From positions 62,001 to 95,165 of the forward strand of contig JBFLGF010000064.1 in NCBI GenBank assembly GCA_050230475.1: a stretch of 33,165 nucleotides of DNA, read 5' to 3'. This DNA is from Ancylonema sp. Its lineage: Eukaryota. Shown here one piece after another: positions 11,429-22,413 of the stretch; position 1 is the first letter of the stretch, and each line of letters begins with the position of its first letter. Made by a program: the position numbers and the translations under genes. The notes under the pieces are model-generated. The model did not search any database. It saw only the letters and a program-made list of their open reading frames with translations, and was not told the DNA's origin.

Positions 11429-11890
11429 TGTTAGGACCCTCGCTACAGTCACTAGGGCTCCCTAGCGAGGTCCCCACACTTAGCGCTAGAGCACTACTAG
11501 CTCAGTTTTCCCTATCCCTATAGCGAAATCTGTCCCTATATCGTGAGAGTTGTGTCCCTAGTGGCCGTCTGGCCCCTAGGGAGTATTCTGATGTGTCCTT
11601 AGCTCAGGCAGTTGTGCCTTTTACTTGATGTGTCATTACCATATTCAGAGTGAGTTACCCCTTGATCCTAGAGTCGACTAGGGTCGACTTTCCTATATCT
11701 AGTGTCCATAGGAATGCCTCTAGAGGATTCCTATCAACTCATGTACTTGCACCTTGTTGTGCCCTACCATATCAACCAAACCATTTGATAATCGGTTCAT
11801 TAGCCTCCATCCTATCGGCTCATTTCGCCATGCTTTGTGTGTGCACTTGTGCAACATAGATTGCTGTTCCATTCTCTTCCACTCCTAACA
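11429..11890. mobile_element. Solo LTR (462 bp)
   Basis: Perfect 8-bp terminal inverted repeat TGTTAGGA...TCCTAACA. Sequence character differs from the flanking GGTTGG-repeat element, which resumes afterwards. Confidence 0.65.
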
Positions 11891-12595
11891 CTTAATTGGG
11901 GTGGTTGATCGGTTAAAATGCGGTTGGAACGGTTGGACAGCGGTCGGGGAAAAAACTAAAAAACGACATTCATTTCGTGGCCTTACATAAATCGTAAGAT
12001 AGCATTGGGTGTGTCAAGGCTGGGTGCGCATCGATCGTAGTAGTATTTTACGCACTTAGTTATGCTCTATTCTGAATCGTGTGTTGACCTCACATGTTTC
12101 TCGATCATAGTGATGTTTTGATGTAAATACAATTGACGATTGTGTATTCCTTGACGCACAAATAAATTATATTGGCGCTCTTTGAATGGTGGATACGATA
12201 AACGAACAATACCTTCAAGGTTGTGTGCGAGTTACCCAGTTCTAATAATGTGAGAGAAAGAGTCATAATAAGTTAGGAGGGAGGTATAGACTGCGACACA
12301 ACCAAAGTCCCATAGCTCGCTATTAGTTTTTTTTCCCTTTCAATAAAAAAAAAGATGCAAAAAATCCTCCGATAAAAATAAGAAACCCAACAATCATCCT
12401 ACGAATTCTCTCTCACCATATTTATTTTGACTCGTTCCGGATTTTTTCCAACCGCCATCCAACCTTTCCAAGTTTAGAACAACTTGCGAGTTTCAAGAGG
12501 CCGCCGTCCAACCGTCAACCGGCGGTTGGAGCGGTTGGACGGTTGTGCGGCGGTTGCACAGTTGGACAGAGTAAAGAACCGATTGGCGCGCCGGC

Positions 12596-12633
12596 GGTTG
12601 GACGGTTGGACGGTTGGACGGTTGGACGGCTGG
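12596..12633 (+). repeat. Tandem 8-mer (GGTTGGAC) x4 plus a variant copy
   Basis: Directly visible. Degenerate copies extend back to about 12523. Confidence 0.9.
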
Positions 12634-12684
12634 TGCTTGGGACCCCACCCTCACAAACCTTGACAACACAATGCGGCGCCATGA

Positions 12685-12812
12685 CATTAGACCCCTCGAT
12701 ATGACGACAAAATAAGATGTCCTGGATAATCTCATCATGTCGAGATCGACAATGTATAACGACATATACTACTAGATTTTTATATGAGTGTCGCTGTATC
12801 GAGGGACTTCAT
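12685..12812. mobile_element. Small degenerate MITE, Tc1/mariner-pogo-like TIR
   Basis: CCCTCGATATGACGAC (12693-12708) matches the reverse complement of 12790-12805 at 13/16. The left end CATTAGACCCCTCGATA resembles CAGTAG..CCTCGATA termini. Confidence 0.45.
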
Positions 12813-15750
12813 AAATGAAGCAAAAGTCCATAACCAGAACCAAATGTGTTCCGTAAAGTTGCTCATAATAAATTGTGAGCGGGAAAAGACGCATTGAGGG
12901 CCAACGGTGATGACGTCAATCGAGCCATCATCTCACGCACCAACCTCATTGCGCGACAGACTCCAGTGTTGGAGGCCTGGTCGAGACGCACTTCAGCTGC
13001 GATGGCCTACATGGCCAGTCTGGGGAGCTGACGCATGGGAGGAACTGCACGACTGCTGCAGAGATGTGGGAGGCCTTGAAGTCCTTCTACGACAATCAAA
13101 GAGCCATAGAGGTCGCGAACGCTGAAGCGGAGCTGTCAGCTTATTACATGCAAATTGGTTACGGAACAGAACTCCCACTAAGTCGCTTGCTGGCAGAATC
13201 CCAATTGAAGTCTGGGAGGGAAAGAACATGAAAATGAACGAAAGTCACAATTTTGGGTGTCTGGTTCAATACTTGAAGGTTGGGGGGGAAAACAACAGTC
13301 AAGGGGACAAGTTTGCCCCTCGCACTAGCTTTGGTGTGTTTCTGGGGATGGCTGCGGGGAGTGCAGGCTACAACGTGTGGGGGTGATATCACGCATGGAC
13401 GTGCGGTTCTTCGAGGAGGTGCCGGGGTACCCGAAGCTCATGGGGGGGAGAGCTCCCCAGGTTCAGGCGGCAACAGAAAAACACTTTTTCTATCTGTTCC
13501 CCGACACCGAAGATGAGCAGCACCCAGCAGCAGTTGTGCCAGCAGCAGCATCACCCCAACATGCCAGCAGCAGCAGTCCACCCAATCATGCTAGCAGTTC
13601 TGCAGCCGATGCCAGCAGTTCTGTAGCCAATCCCAGCACCAGCAAAACCAGCAGTCCCTGAGCCAGCAGCTGCCAACGACCATCCGCACGACAACTTCCA
13701 GCCACAAGCTGCTGAGGTTCCTAACGTCACGATTGAGCTGTCCGACAGCCAGTCAGGGATCAACAACGCAGGAGGTGGAGATGCAGGGGAGGAGGAGGTG
13801 CAAGGAGGGGGTGCGAACCCAGGAGTGGGGGAGCCAGGCAGCATAGCTGATCGGGTGATGGCCAGAAGACGAGCCAACTTTGCTGAATATGGGGATCTCA
13901 TGTGATGTGATGGGGAGGAGTTCGATGACGCAGCTCATGCCAACTACTCAGCGACTGAGTGGGAGCCCAGCTGTTTCTACACTGGCTTCAACGGTCTTGT
14001 CGATCCTGGCTACGCCTGCGTAGCATCAAACGGCAACTCCTCCGAGCCACTCACCCTCAACCATGCGATGATGAGGCCAGACTGGGACCAGTGGGACAGA
14101 GCCATCGTGGAAGAGCTCGCTGCCCTGGAGACGTTCAACACCTTTGAGGTGTGTGTACTTCGTCCAGGTAAAAAGGCTGTGGGGTGCAGATATGTTTTTA
14201 AGGTCAAAACAACACCTCAAGGGGATATTGAAAGATATAAAGTCAGACTGGTCGCACAGAGATTCTTACAGCAAGAGGGTATTGACCATAACGAAGTATT
14301 TGCACCAGTAATCGAAAGTACATCTATCACCCTACTCCTCTCTATCGCCAACCAATATGACTGGGAACTGGAACAGATGGACGTAATCACAGCGTTCCTG
14401 TATGGACGTCTGGAAGAAGAAGTTTATATGAAAATACCACCACGTATGTATATAAAAGGGGGTGCTGAGGGAAAGGTCTTACGACTGAAGGTGCTTTGTA
14501 CGGACTAAAACAGAGTAGCCACGTGTGGCAAGAAATGTTCAAGAAAAGTTTATGATATCTGAAGGGTTTACACAATGCGTAATGGACCAAACATGTATAT
14601 ATATGAGGGGGGAAGGAGACCAACAGAATCATACTGGGCATTCATGTAGATGATGGTGATCACAGGTCCTAACGCAATGGTGGTCAAAACTTTTAAAGAA
14701 GGGGGACATGGGTAAAAAGGTTAAAGTCAAGGATCTGGGTCCCCTAACCCATATCCTGGGGGTGGAAGTGAAGAGGGATAGACAAAGAAAACTGCTCACA
14801 TGGGACAGTCAGGTTTGTTAAGGGGAGTACTTGAACGTTACGGGATGCATGAGTGTAATCCAACCAAACTCCCTCTGGCCCCTGGAACTCAGTTTACGCA
14901 AAATGATGAACCAATTCTTCCCCCTACCCCTGAAGAAATAATAGACTTTCGAGGGAAAGGATCTCTCATATATGCCATGAAACAAACCAGACTGGACATC
15001 GGGTATGCACTTGGGGTACTCGTTAAACACATGGGAAATCCTGGGGTCGCACACATAAGGGCATTACATCAACTATTCAGATACCTTATAGGGACTGTGA
15101 ACCACGGACTGACGTTTGTGGGGGGTAAAGGCAGCTTTGAAGTAAAGGGTTACTGCGATGCATCATGGAACAGTTGCAGTATGACAGGAAAGTCAGTTAC
15201 AGGATGGGTAACCACGGTTGGGGGGACAGCACTGAGTTGGAAGTCGCAGAAGCAGTCCACTGTTGCACAGAGCACTCTTGAGGCTGAATATATCGCTGCC
15301 TGTAGTGTATCTAAAGAGTGTTGTTATCTAGAGTCTCTCTTGAAAGAACTCAAGTTTCCAAACCAAATCACAATCCACGCTGACTCAACCTCAGCTCTCT
15401 CCATGATCCAGAATCCTGTGCAACGACAGAAGGCAAAACATTTTAATGTGGTATATCACTCGGTACGGGAATGCCACAGCACGGGGAGACTAAAATATGT
15501 GTATCTTGCACGCGCCAATCAACCAGCAGATATGCTAACCAAAGCTCTTCCTCAAGTTTTTTTACTGGACAGACACAGCAAAAGTCTAGGTTTTGGACGG
15601 TTATACTGAAGAACTCGGGGTGTCACTCCTTTCTTTTACTTTTATTATCAAAGGTTTCGAATGCCATGCATGTTGGCAGGGGGTGTGTTGTTATGTTTCT
15701 TTCATGCAGAAGTAATGGGGAGGGTACAACAACTTCAGTACCTTGTAAAG

Positions 15751-15822
15751 AACACTTGAAAACACTTAAGGACACTTAAGGACACTCAAGGACACTTTAA
15801 GATCAGAAGGACACTTTAAGAT
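15751..15822 (+). repeat. Short tandem repeat (AAGGACACTT-like units) in the copia A 3' UTR
   Basis: About 6 imperfect copies: aacacttga / aaacactt / aaggacactt / aaggacactc / aaggacacttt / aaggacacttt. Confidence 0.8.
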
Positions 15823-16314
15823 CGGAAAGTGTGAATCTGCTCAACTTTAAAACTTGTCAGTTTGTTCTGAATTTTCGAAGGTATGTCCTAATCCTTGTTG
15901 CAAAACTTGTGTCAAAAGTTGGTGCTGATAGGACTGGTAATTTTGAAGTTATGCTGTTTTGAGATTTTTCTGACTGGACAGTGTAAACTGGAAAGTCAAG
16001 TTGAAAAAGTTAAAAAATCAAAAATATTTTCTTTTTTGTTTTTCGCCTAACTAACTTGTGGTATTTGTTTGTATGTTCAGGGCTTCGGCCTGAAAAAACG
16101 ACTAAGGATCTGGAGCGTTCGACTTCATGGAGTTCCGATCGGCTTCCGAACGGCTGCATTTGTCGATGGCCCCCCTAGCACGCTTGTATGCTAGGGAAGA
16201 CCGAAACTGCTTTATATGTTATGCAATGGTTCTGCCATGTTTTGGCAATGACTTGGGGTACTCCTTTTGATGTCTGCATCCTATTCCAACTTTAGCATGG
16301 CATCCGAGGGGGTG

Positions 16315-16780
16315 TGTTGGAATATTTTGGATAGCCATATGTTATGCTTGCTATAGTCCAGTTGTAACCGGTTACTCTAACCGGGGAGCAATATACCTAG
16401 ATGTGCCTATATGCGGGGCCGGGCAAGTTTGTGCCCGGGCACCTGACATGTTTCCGACGCTTAGAGACGTTATTTGTTTGACTCGTCGTGATTGGCTTGT
16501 TTAGTCGTGTCAGAAATGCCAGCATGTGCCGGTTGACATGTAGAAGAGTTGTCAGTCAGTCAATGATAGGCCGACGGTCAATTGTGCCGACCGTCGGCAC
16601 ACAACAATCTGTAAAGCGCATCGGGTATTACCATCCCCGATGCAATCACAATAATAATTCGTTCCACACACGCAACTCCTCTCTCGTTGATCATCAGTGA
16701 TTAAGATCTTTTTGCGTACGGTTCGTTTTGTCGCCCACCTAATTATTCCGGCTTGTCTAATCACTCAAAAGCTTATAACA
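16315..16780 (+). repeat. 3' LTR of copia A (466 bp)
   Basis: TGTT...AACA directly after the PPT. Homologous to the LTR at 21763-21260. Confidence 0.9.
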
Positions 16781-19700
16781 CATACTTCAGCCTCCCTGCT
16801 CTGTGACACTCTCTCACCCAGTGGTACACCATATTTAAATGCTTGGCCTTTTGGCGCTGGACTGGTTCTGGATCATGGAGAGTGCGGCAATCGAGTCACT
16901 GTAAACTGTAATTTCATTAGGGATTTTGAGCTCATGCAGGAGCGACTTCAAGTAACAGCACTCCTTAGACACACTACAAGCAGCAATACACTCAATTTTT
17001 GTTGTACTCTGTGCGACTGTAGACGGTTTGTGTGACTTCCAGCTCAGTGCAGTCCCCCCAACAGTAGTGACCCACCCTGTGACCGACTTCTCAGTCATAC
17101 CGCAGCTGTTCCAACTAGCATCACAATACCCCCTAATCTCTAGCCTCTTCTGCCTCACGTAGCAGAGTCCGTGATCCACTGTCCCTTTCAAATATCTGAA
17201 CAGTTGGTGTAAGACTTTGATGTGAGCAGTCCCAGGATTCCCCATGTGTTTTGCCAATACCCCCAGTGCATGCGCAATATCCGGTCTGATGTGTTTCATT
17301 GCATAAATGAGTGACCCAATTTTTCCCCGGAATTCTGTTATCTGATCAGGTGTAGGGGGGATTAAAGGTTCATTTTCTTGGTGAAATTTTAGCCCAGGTG
17401 GTAAGGGTAGTTTGGTAGGGTTACAGTTTTCCATCCCAAAACGTTCCAGAACCTGTTTCATGAACCCTCCCTGATGCAACGTAAGCACCCCCCTCGGTCT
17501 GTCCTTTTTCACTTCCACCCCCAGGATATGGGTTAGGGCCCCAAGATTCTTCATTTTAAACTTCCCATACAATTTTTCGTTTGAATGCTTTAATGACCAT
17601 GGGGTCTGGACCAACTATCACCTGATCATCTACATGGATCCCCACTATGATGCGTGACTGTCCCTTCCCCCTGGGTATATGCATGTGTCCATGACGCACT
17701 GTTTGGACCCTATACTAAGCATGAAGGCTGTGAACATCTCACCCCACACCTTGCTACTCTGTTTCAGTCCGTATAGTGCCCCCCTCATTCTCAAAACTTT
17801 CCCTTCAGCCCCGCCCTCAATATCCATGAATGGTGGAATTTTCATATATAATTCTTCAATCAGTCGTCCGTGCAAGAAGGCAGTCAACACATCCATCTGT
17901 TCAATTTCCCAACCCTCCTAATTCGCAATAGCTAGTAGAAGAGAGAGAGAGGTACTATCTACTACAGGTGCGAATATTTCATTATAGTCCACTCCTTCTT
18001 GTTGTAAGAAACCCTGAGCGACCAGTCTGACTTTATATCTTTCAAGGGCTCCCATGGGTGTGTATTTTATTTTGAATACATACTTACACCCCACAGCCCT
18101 TTTACCTGGCGAAAGTTCACACACCTCGAAAGTGTTGAATTCCCCCAAGCTCTTCAGCTCTTCCTTGATGACAGCTAACCACTAATCCGAGTCTGGCCTC
18201 TTCATGGCTTGGCTCAGCGTCAAGGGGTCGGAGGAGTTAGCAATCATGGCCACCATGTAGAATCTAGGGTCATAGATGCCGTTGAGGCCTGTGAAGAAGC
18301 ACGTTGCTTCCCACTCCTCGTCCTGAATGGTTGCTTCCATCGCCTCGTCGTCGAACTCCTCCCCATCATATCAGAGGACATCCCCAAAGTGGGCGAAGTT
18401 CGCCCTCCTCCTCGCCATCACGCGCTCAACTATGCTCCCTGCATTCACCCCCGGGTTGGCACCCCCTCCACCCCCTCCTTGGATTTATTCCTCCTTGCCT
18501 CCCACGCCTGCGTTGTTGATCCCCGATTGGCTGTCGGACAGCTCAATCGCATCGATGGGGACCTCAGCAGCTGGTGGTGGCGGACAGTGAAGCGCTGGGA
18601 CCTGGGCTCCCGGATTGTTGTGGGCTGCTACTGCTGGCGCTGTTGCTGGCACCTCTTTCGGCACTACAGCTTGTCCTAGCACCCCTCCAGCCTTAGGCTC
18701 ATCATCCGTGCCGGGGAACAGCTGGAAGAAGTGTCCATCTACTTTGGCCTCGACCTGGGTACCTCTCCCCCCCATGAGTCTCGGATACCCCGGCACTTCC
18801 TCAAAGAAACGGACGTCTCTCCGCACCATCACACCGGCTCTGAGCGGGTCGAAGATGTTGTAGCCAGCATGATCTGCTGCCATCCCAATAAACACCCCAA
18901 AGGAACTCCTGGCACCATACTTGTCCCCCTGTTTGTTCTTATTATGACCGACTTTCAAGTACTGCACTAGGCAGCCGAATGTGTGACTCCTTTCTAGTTT
19001 GATTGGCCGTCCAGTCCACTTCTCAATAGGTATCCCCCCGGGCAATGAACTCCTGGGGGTCCTCTTTCTTAGCCAGTTTGCATGCATTACTGCCACATCC
19101 CAGTATGATTTAGGCAGATTTGACAACATCAGCAAGCACCTCATCTTCTCCATCAGCGTTCGGTTCAGTCTTTCACGCATGCCGTTTTGCTGTGGGCTGT
19201 AGAGGGCACTCAGTTCATGCTTGATGCCTTTCTCCTCACAGTAACCTTTCCACTACTTGCTGGTATATTCCCCACCCCCATCATTCCTGATCGACTTTAA
19301 CGACAGTCCTGACTCAACCTCCAGTTTCTGTAGAGTGATGCGCGTTTGACTGAGAGCATCGCTCTTGTGCTTGAGAAGAGATACTATAGACAGTCGAGAA
19401 TTGACCTCTATCCCTGTCTGTGCGTACTCATAACCTCCGTGCATTGACCTGACTCCAAAAAGACTTACCAGATCTAGATGCAACCTTCCCATTTTTGGCA
19501 TAGTGGCCACATCATCGCTAGTTAGTGCATGCCCCCTCTGTCCCATCTTCCCCATACAGCAGATCTCACAGTCTCTAACTAGCTAGCCATGACAGACCTA
19601 GCTTGCCATGCCAGAGCATGCCTATGGAAAGATTTGCTTGCAAACCAGATGAACCAGGCATGATGATAGATGCATGCAGCAATGACAGACCATTTCTTTG

Positions 19701-21763
19701 CCTACTGACATCAGCCCATTTCTGTCCATCCTTAGTTAGTTTAGGACCTTGTGGAGTCTGGGCAAAGCTCAACCCACCTCTCCGGACGAGGCAATCGGTG
19801 GACACCAGGGGCGCTGCAAACGTAGGGACGTGCAGAGCAGTGAGAGGGACAACGAAGAAGGAGTCGCCGTTCTTCACTCGAATGTACACGAAGCCTGTGC
19901 CCTCGACCTTGTGAGGTGGGCCGTCAGCCGTGTGGATGAATGAATGCTGCTTCGGGAAGTTGGTGTCGTACTCGACGAAGTGGTCTTTGTTCGTGAAGAC
20001 GTGATCGGTCGAGCCTGAATCAAGCCACAGATGCGAGCAATCAGTTCGAGCTGCCATGGCAATCCTCGCATCAGATGAGAATGCTGCATAAGCTAGGGAT
20101 TTGGATGCATCGAAAGGTGTGTCTGAGCATGCAGCAAGTCGAGCCTGCTGAGCTTGCTCACGAAGATTAGCATCAGGTGCAGCCAATGCCACAGATTTAC
20201 GCTTCATGCATTCTACCAATGTATGCCCGAGCTTATCGCAGTATCTGCATTTTTGTTTAGGACTGCCACTTCCCTAGCCAGCCGATCTTCCACTTCCCCC
20301 TTGCCGTTGCTGTCCACACTGCGACAGCTTGTGGCCGATTTGGTTGCAACCATGGCACCTCATCGGCGGACGTGTAGGGCGTCCGACTTTAAGTGGCCAT
20401 ATTGGTTGTAGCCGTAGCACTGAACTCTCGACGGATCGCGACTTCCGGGACCGCCACTCCCACTAGGTCGACTTGGGCCAGCTCCGGAGGCCGCCCGAGT
20501 AGCCGCCTTCCCCCACGAAATCGGCCTGCTGCCCTCCCGGCAGCACCCCTCTCTTGCGGTCGTTGCAGACCTCCCGTCGATCGCCAGCAGACCGAGGTGC
20601 TGACGGCGTCAGGGATCGTGAAGAGTGTCGGTGAAGAGACCGCCCACGACATCACGCTCTCCGCGCGGGCGCCGTAGCGAGTGTTGAGCGAGTTGAGGAA
20701 GTTGATGGTCTGTTTTGCGGGCATGACTATCTCCCCCAGATGCCCTAGACGATCATGCAGCTCCTGCAATCGCTTCACGTAGTCGCTCAGGTCCTCCCCC
20801 TCTCCCATGATGATCGCCGTGGACTCTACTTCACCGTTGGCGATCTCGATGGCTCCCTGAGGTCCTAGAAATTCTTTAGGGCGTCCCACATCTCTGCTGC
20901 AGTCTCGCAGTTCCTCACATGCGTCAGCTCCCCCGTCTGGAGGTGTTTGACGATGTAGGCCATTGCAGCGATGTTCTTCATCGACCAAGCCTCTTGAACG
21001 AGAGTCTGTCGACCGATGAGCTGGGTGCGTGCCGTGACCGTACAAGCGACGTCCGCAGCATCCAGTGCATCGAGCTCGTTTTGCGTGAGTGGTGGAAGCA
21101 CGACAAGTTTCGCTCCTGCTCCTGTGAAGATCGGAATGTACAATTTTCCCGTCATTGTAGGCAACAGATGTAAGGCTTATCGCAGTCAATTTCTCAGCGT
21201 GTTTTGTAACGCAGCTCACATCTCAGAATCCCTCTCCGCAGTAGATCGCGTGGAATGCATGTAGTTATTAACACAACGTCTTTAACTAGACCGCCTATGG
21301 GCGCATTACCTTTTGACGTTGATACGTGATTGGTGTGCGAGATTGTGTGGTTCTTTCCGTACAAGGGACTACGTCTCTCAGAATTGATCAATGACAAGTA
21401 TTGTGTTGGAAGAATAATATTGAATGGTCGGCATCGGGTAGGTATACCACGATGCCTCGTACACATCGAGAATCAACAAAGTGTGCCGACGGTCGGATCT
21501 ACGGACCGTCGGCCTATCATAACACAACAACAGACAGATCATGTCAACGGCACATGCCGGACAGTCTGACAAGACTAACGACTAGATGCGGGAACCATCT
21601 AGAAACACACGTGCCCTAAACGGCAAATCGAAACGTCATGTTCGGGTGCCTGGACACAAGTCCGGCCCCTCAATACAAGCACACCCTAGGAATCCTACCG
21701 GTTACACTACCGGTGCCCGGACCAGCATACTAGCAAGCATGGCTATCCGATATAATTCCTACA
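16781..21763 (-). mobile_element. Ty1/copia element B: 5' LTR plus nearly complete but disrupted gag-pol, cut in RNase H by element A
   Basis: gag (20865-21164, 20389-20860, CCHC knuckle region about 20300-20360), protease WLDSGSTDH, WHGKLG, integrase LHLDL / IRNDGGGEY / ERLNRTLMEKMRCLL, RT YKVRLVAQGF, RNase H GYCDASW. Ends abruptly at VYHWVRECHRAGRLKY. Confidence 0.95.
21260..21763 (-). repeat. 5' LTR of copia B (504 bp)
   Basis: Minus strand reads TGTAG...CTACA. Start TGTAGGAATTATATCGGATAGCCATGCTTGCTAG aligns with LTR A start TGTTGGAATATTTTGGATAGCCAT..ATGCTTGCTA. Confidence 0.85.
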
Positions 21764-22413
21764 GAACTCAGCCGAGCGCAACTAGAGCAGCTACGACGGG
21801 GAGTCTCTGGATGTGGTGTGGGCTTTACAGCACTTCCAGCACTACTTGATTGGTGCCAAGTTCTTGCTCCTCACCGACCACGCGGCCCTCAAGTGGATGA
21901 TGACGACCTCCAAGCTCACTGGGCGTCTGGCGCGGTGGTCCCTCTTGCTTCAGGAGTACGATTTCGAGATTGAGCACAATCCGGGGGTGGAAAACGTGGT
22001 AGCAGATTGTTGCAGTCGCTTTCCCTTGCCTTCTACTGAAGACAGCTTTCGGGATCAACGTGAGAAGCTAGGTGTGCTGTGGAGTGCTGCAGACGGGCTG
22101 GCAGCTGAGGGACCTGAGGAATTTTGCAGCGCCCCTGCCACCTATTGTTCATCAGGCAGCACCTGCTGCTGCTGCTGTGCCCCAGGGGCCTCCCGTGTCC
22201 TCTTCCCCTTCTACCTCTGCCTCTGTCCTTTCCCCACGAGCAGGTGACATCTGGCATGACCAGCTAGTCTTGGACCTGCTCAAGCATCACCGTCATGTTG
22301 CTAGTGCGTCTGCAAGAACCAAGGACCGGGCCTACAGGCGAGCCCTGGGGTACCGGTGGCTGGGGGGGCAGGTCTACAAAGTGTTTCCGGGGGGGCCAAC
22401 AGTACGTGAATAA
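21764..22413 (+). pseudogene. Ty3/gypsy RNase H to pre-integrase fragment
   Basis: AERN*SSYDGESL.VVWALQHFQHYL..F.LLTDHAALKW..GRLARWSLLLQEYDFEIEH.PG.ENVVADCCSR, followed by DIWHD..RRALGYRW. Confidence 0.92.

Larger units (their letters stand above)
11336..12652. mobile_element. Non-autonomous hAT-like element with (GGTTGGAC)/(GTCCAACC) subterminal repeats, interrupted by a solo LTR
   Basis: Imperfect TIR TAGCGTGGGGCCCAA versus GAGGGTGGGGTCCCAA (reverse complement of the right end). Repeat clusters in both orientations near the ends. No TSD seen. Confidence 0.55.
12885..16780 (+). mobile_element. Ty1/copia element A: 5'-truncated, internally deleted, frameshifted, with 3' LTR
   Basis: gag fragment (12885-13140) fused to integrase C-terminus (HANWLRNRTP, FGCLVQYLKVG). 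RT motifs YKVRLVAQ and QMDVITAFLYG, RNase H motifs GYCDASW, STLEAEY and ADMLTK, stop at 15609. PPT GAGGGGGTG at 16306-16314. Confidence 0.95.

Noticed and set aside
12523..12633. CRISPR array or telomeric repeat
   Set aside because: These are 8-bp tandem units without spacers, located subterminally in a TIR element.
16070..16100. Hammerhead or HDV-like ribozyme (stem-UUCG-stem followed by GAAA)
   Set aside because: There is no CUGANGA core upstream and I could not build the HDV nested pseudoknot in either copy.
16081..16270. Extra ORF (env-like or accessory) after the putative acceptor in copia A
   Set aside because: The homologous frame in copia C stops after 15 codons, so coding is not conserved.
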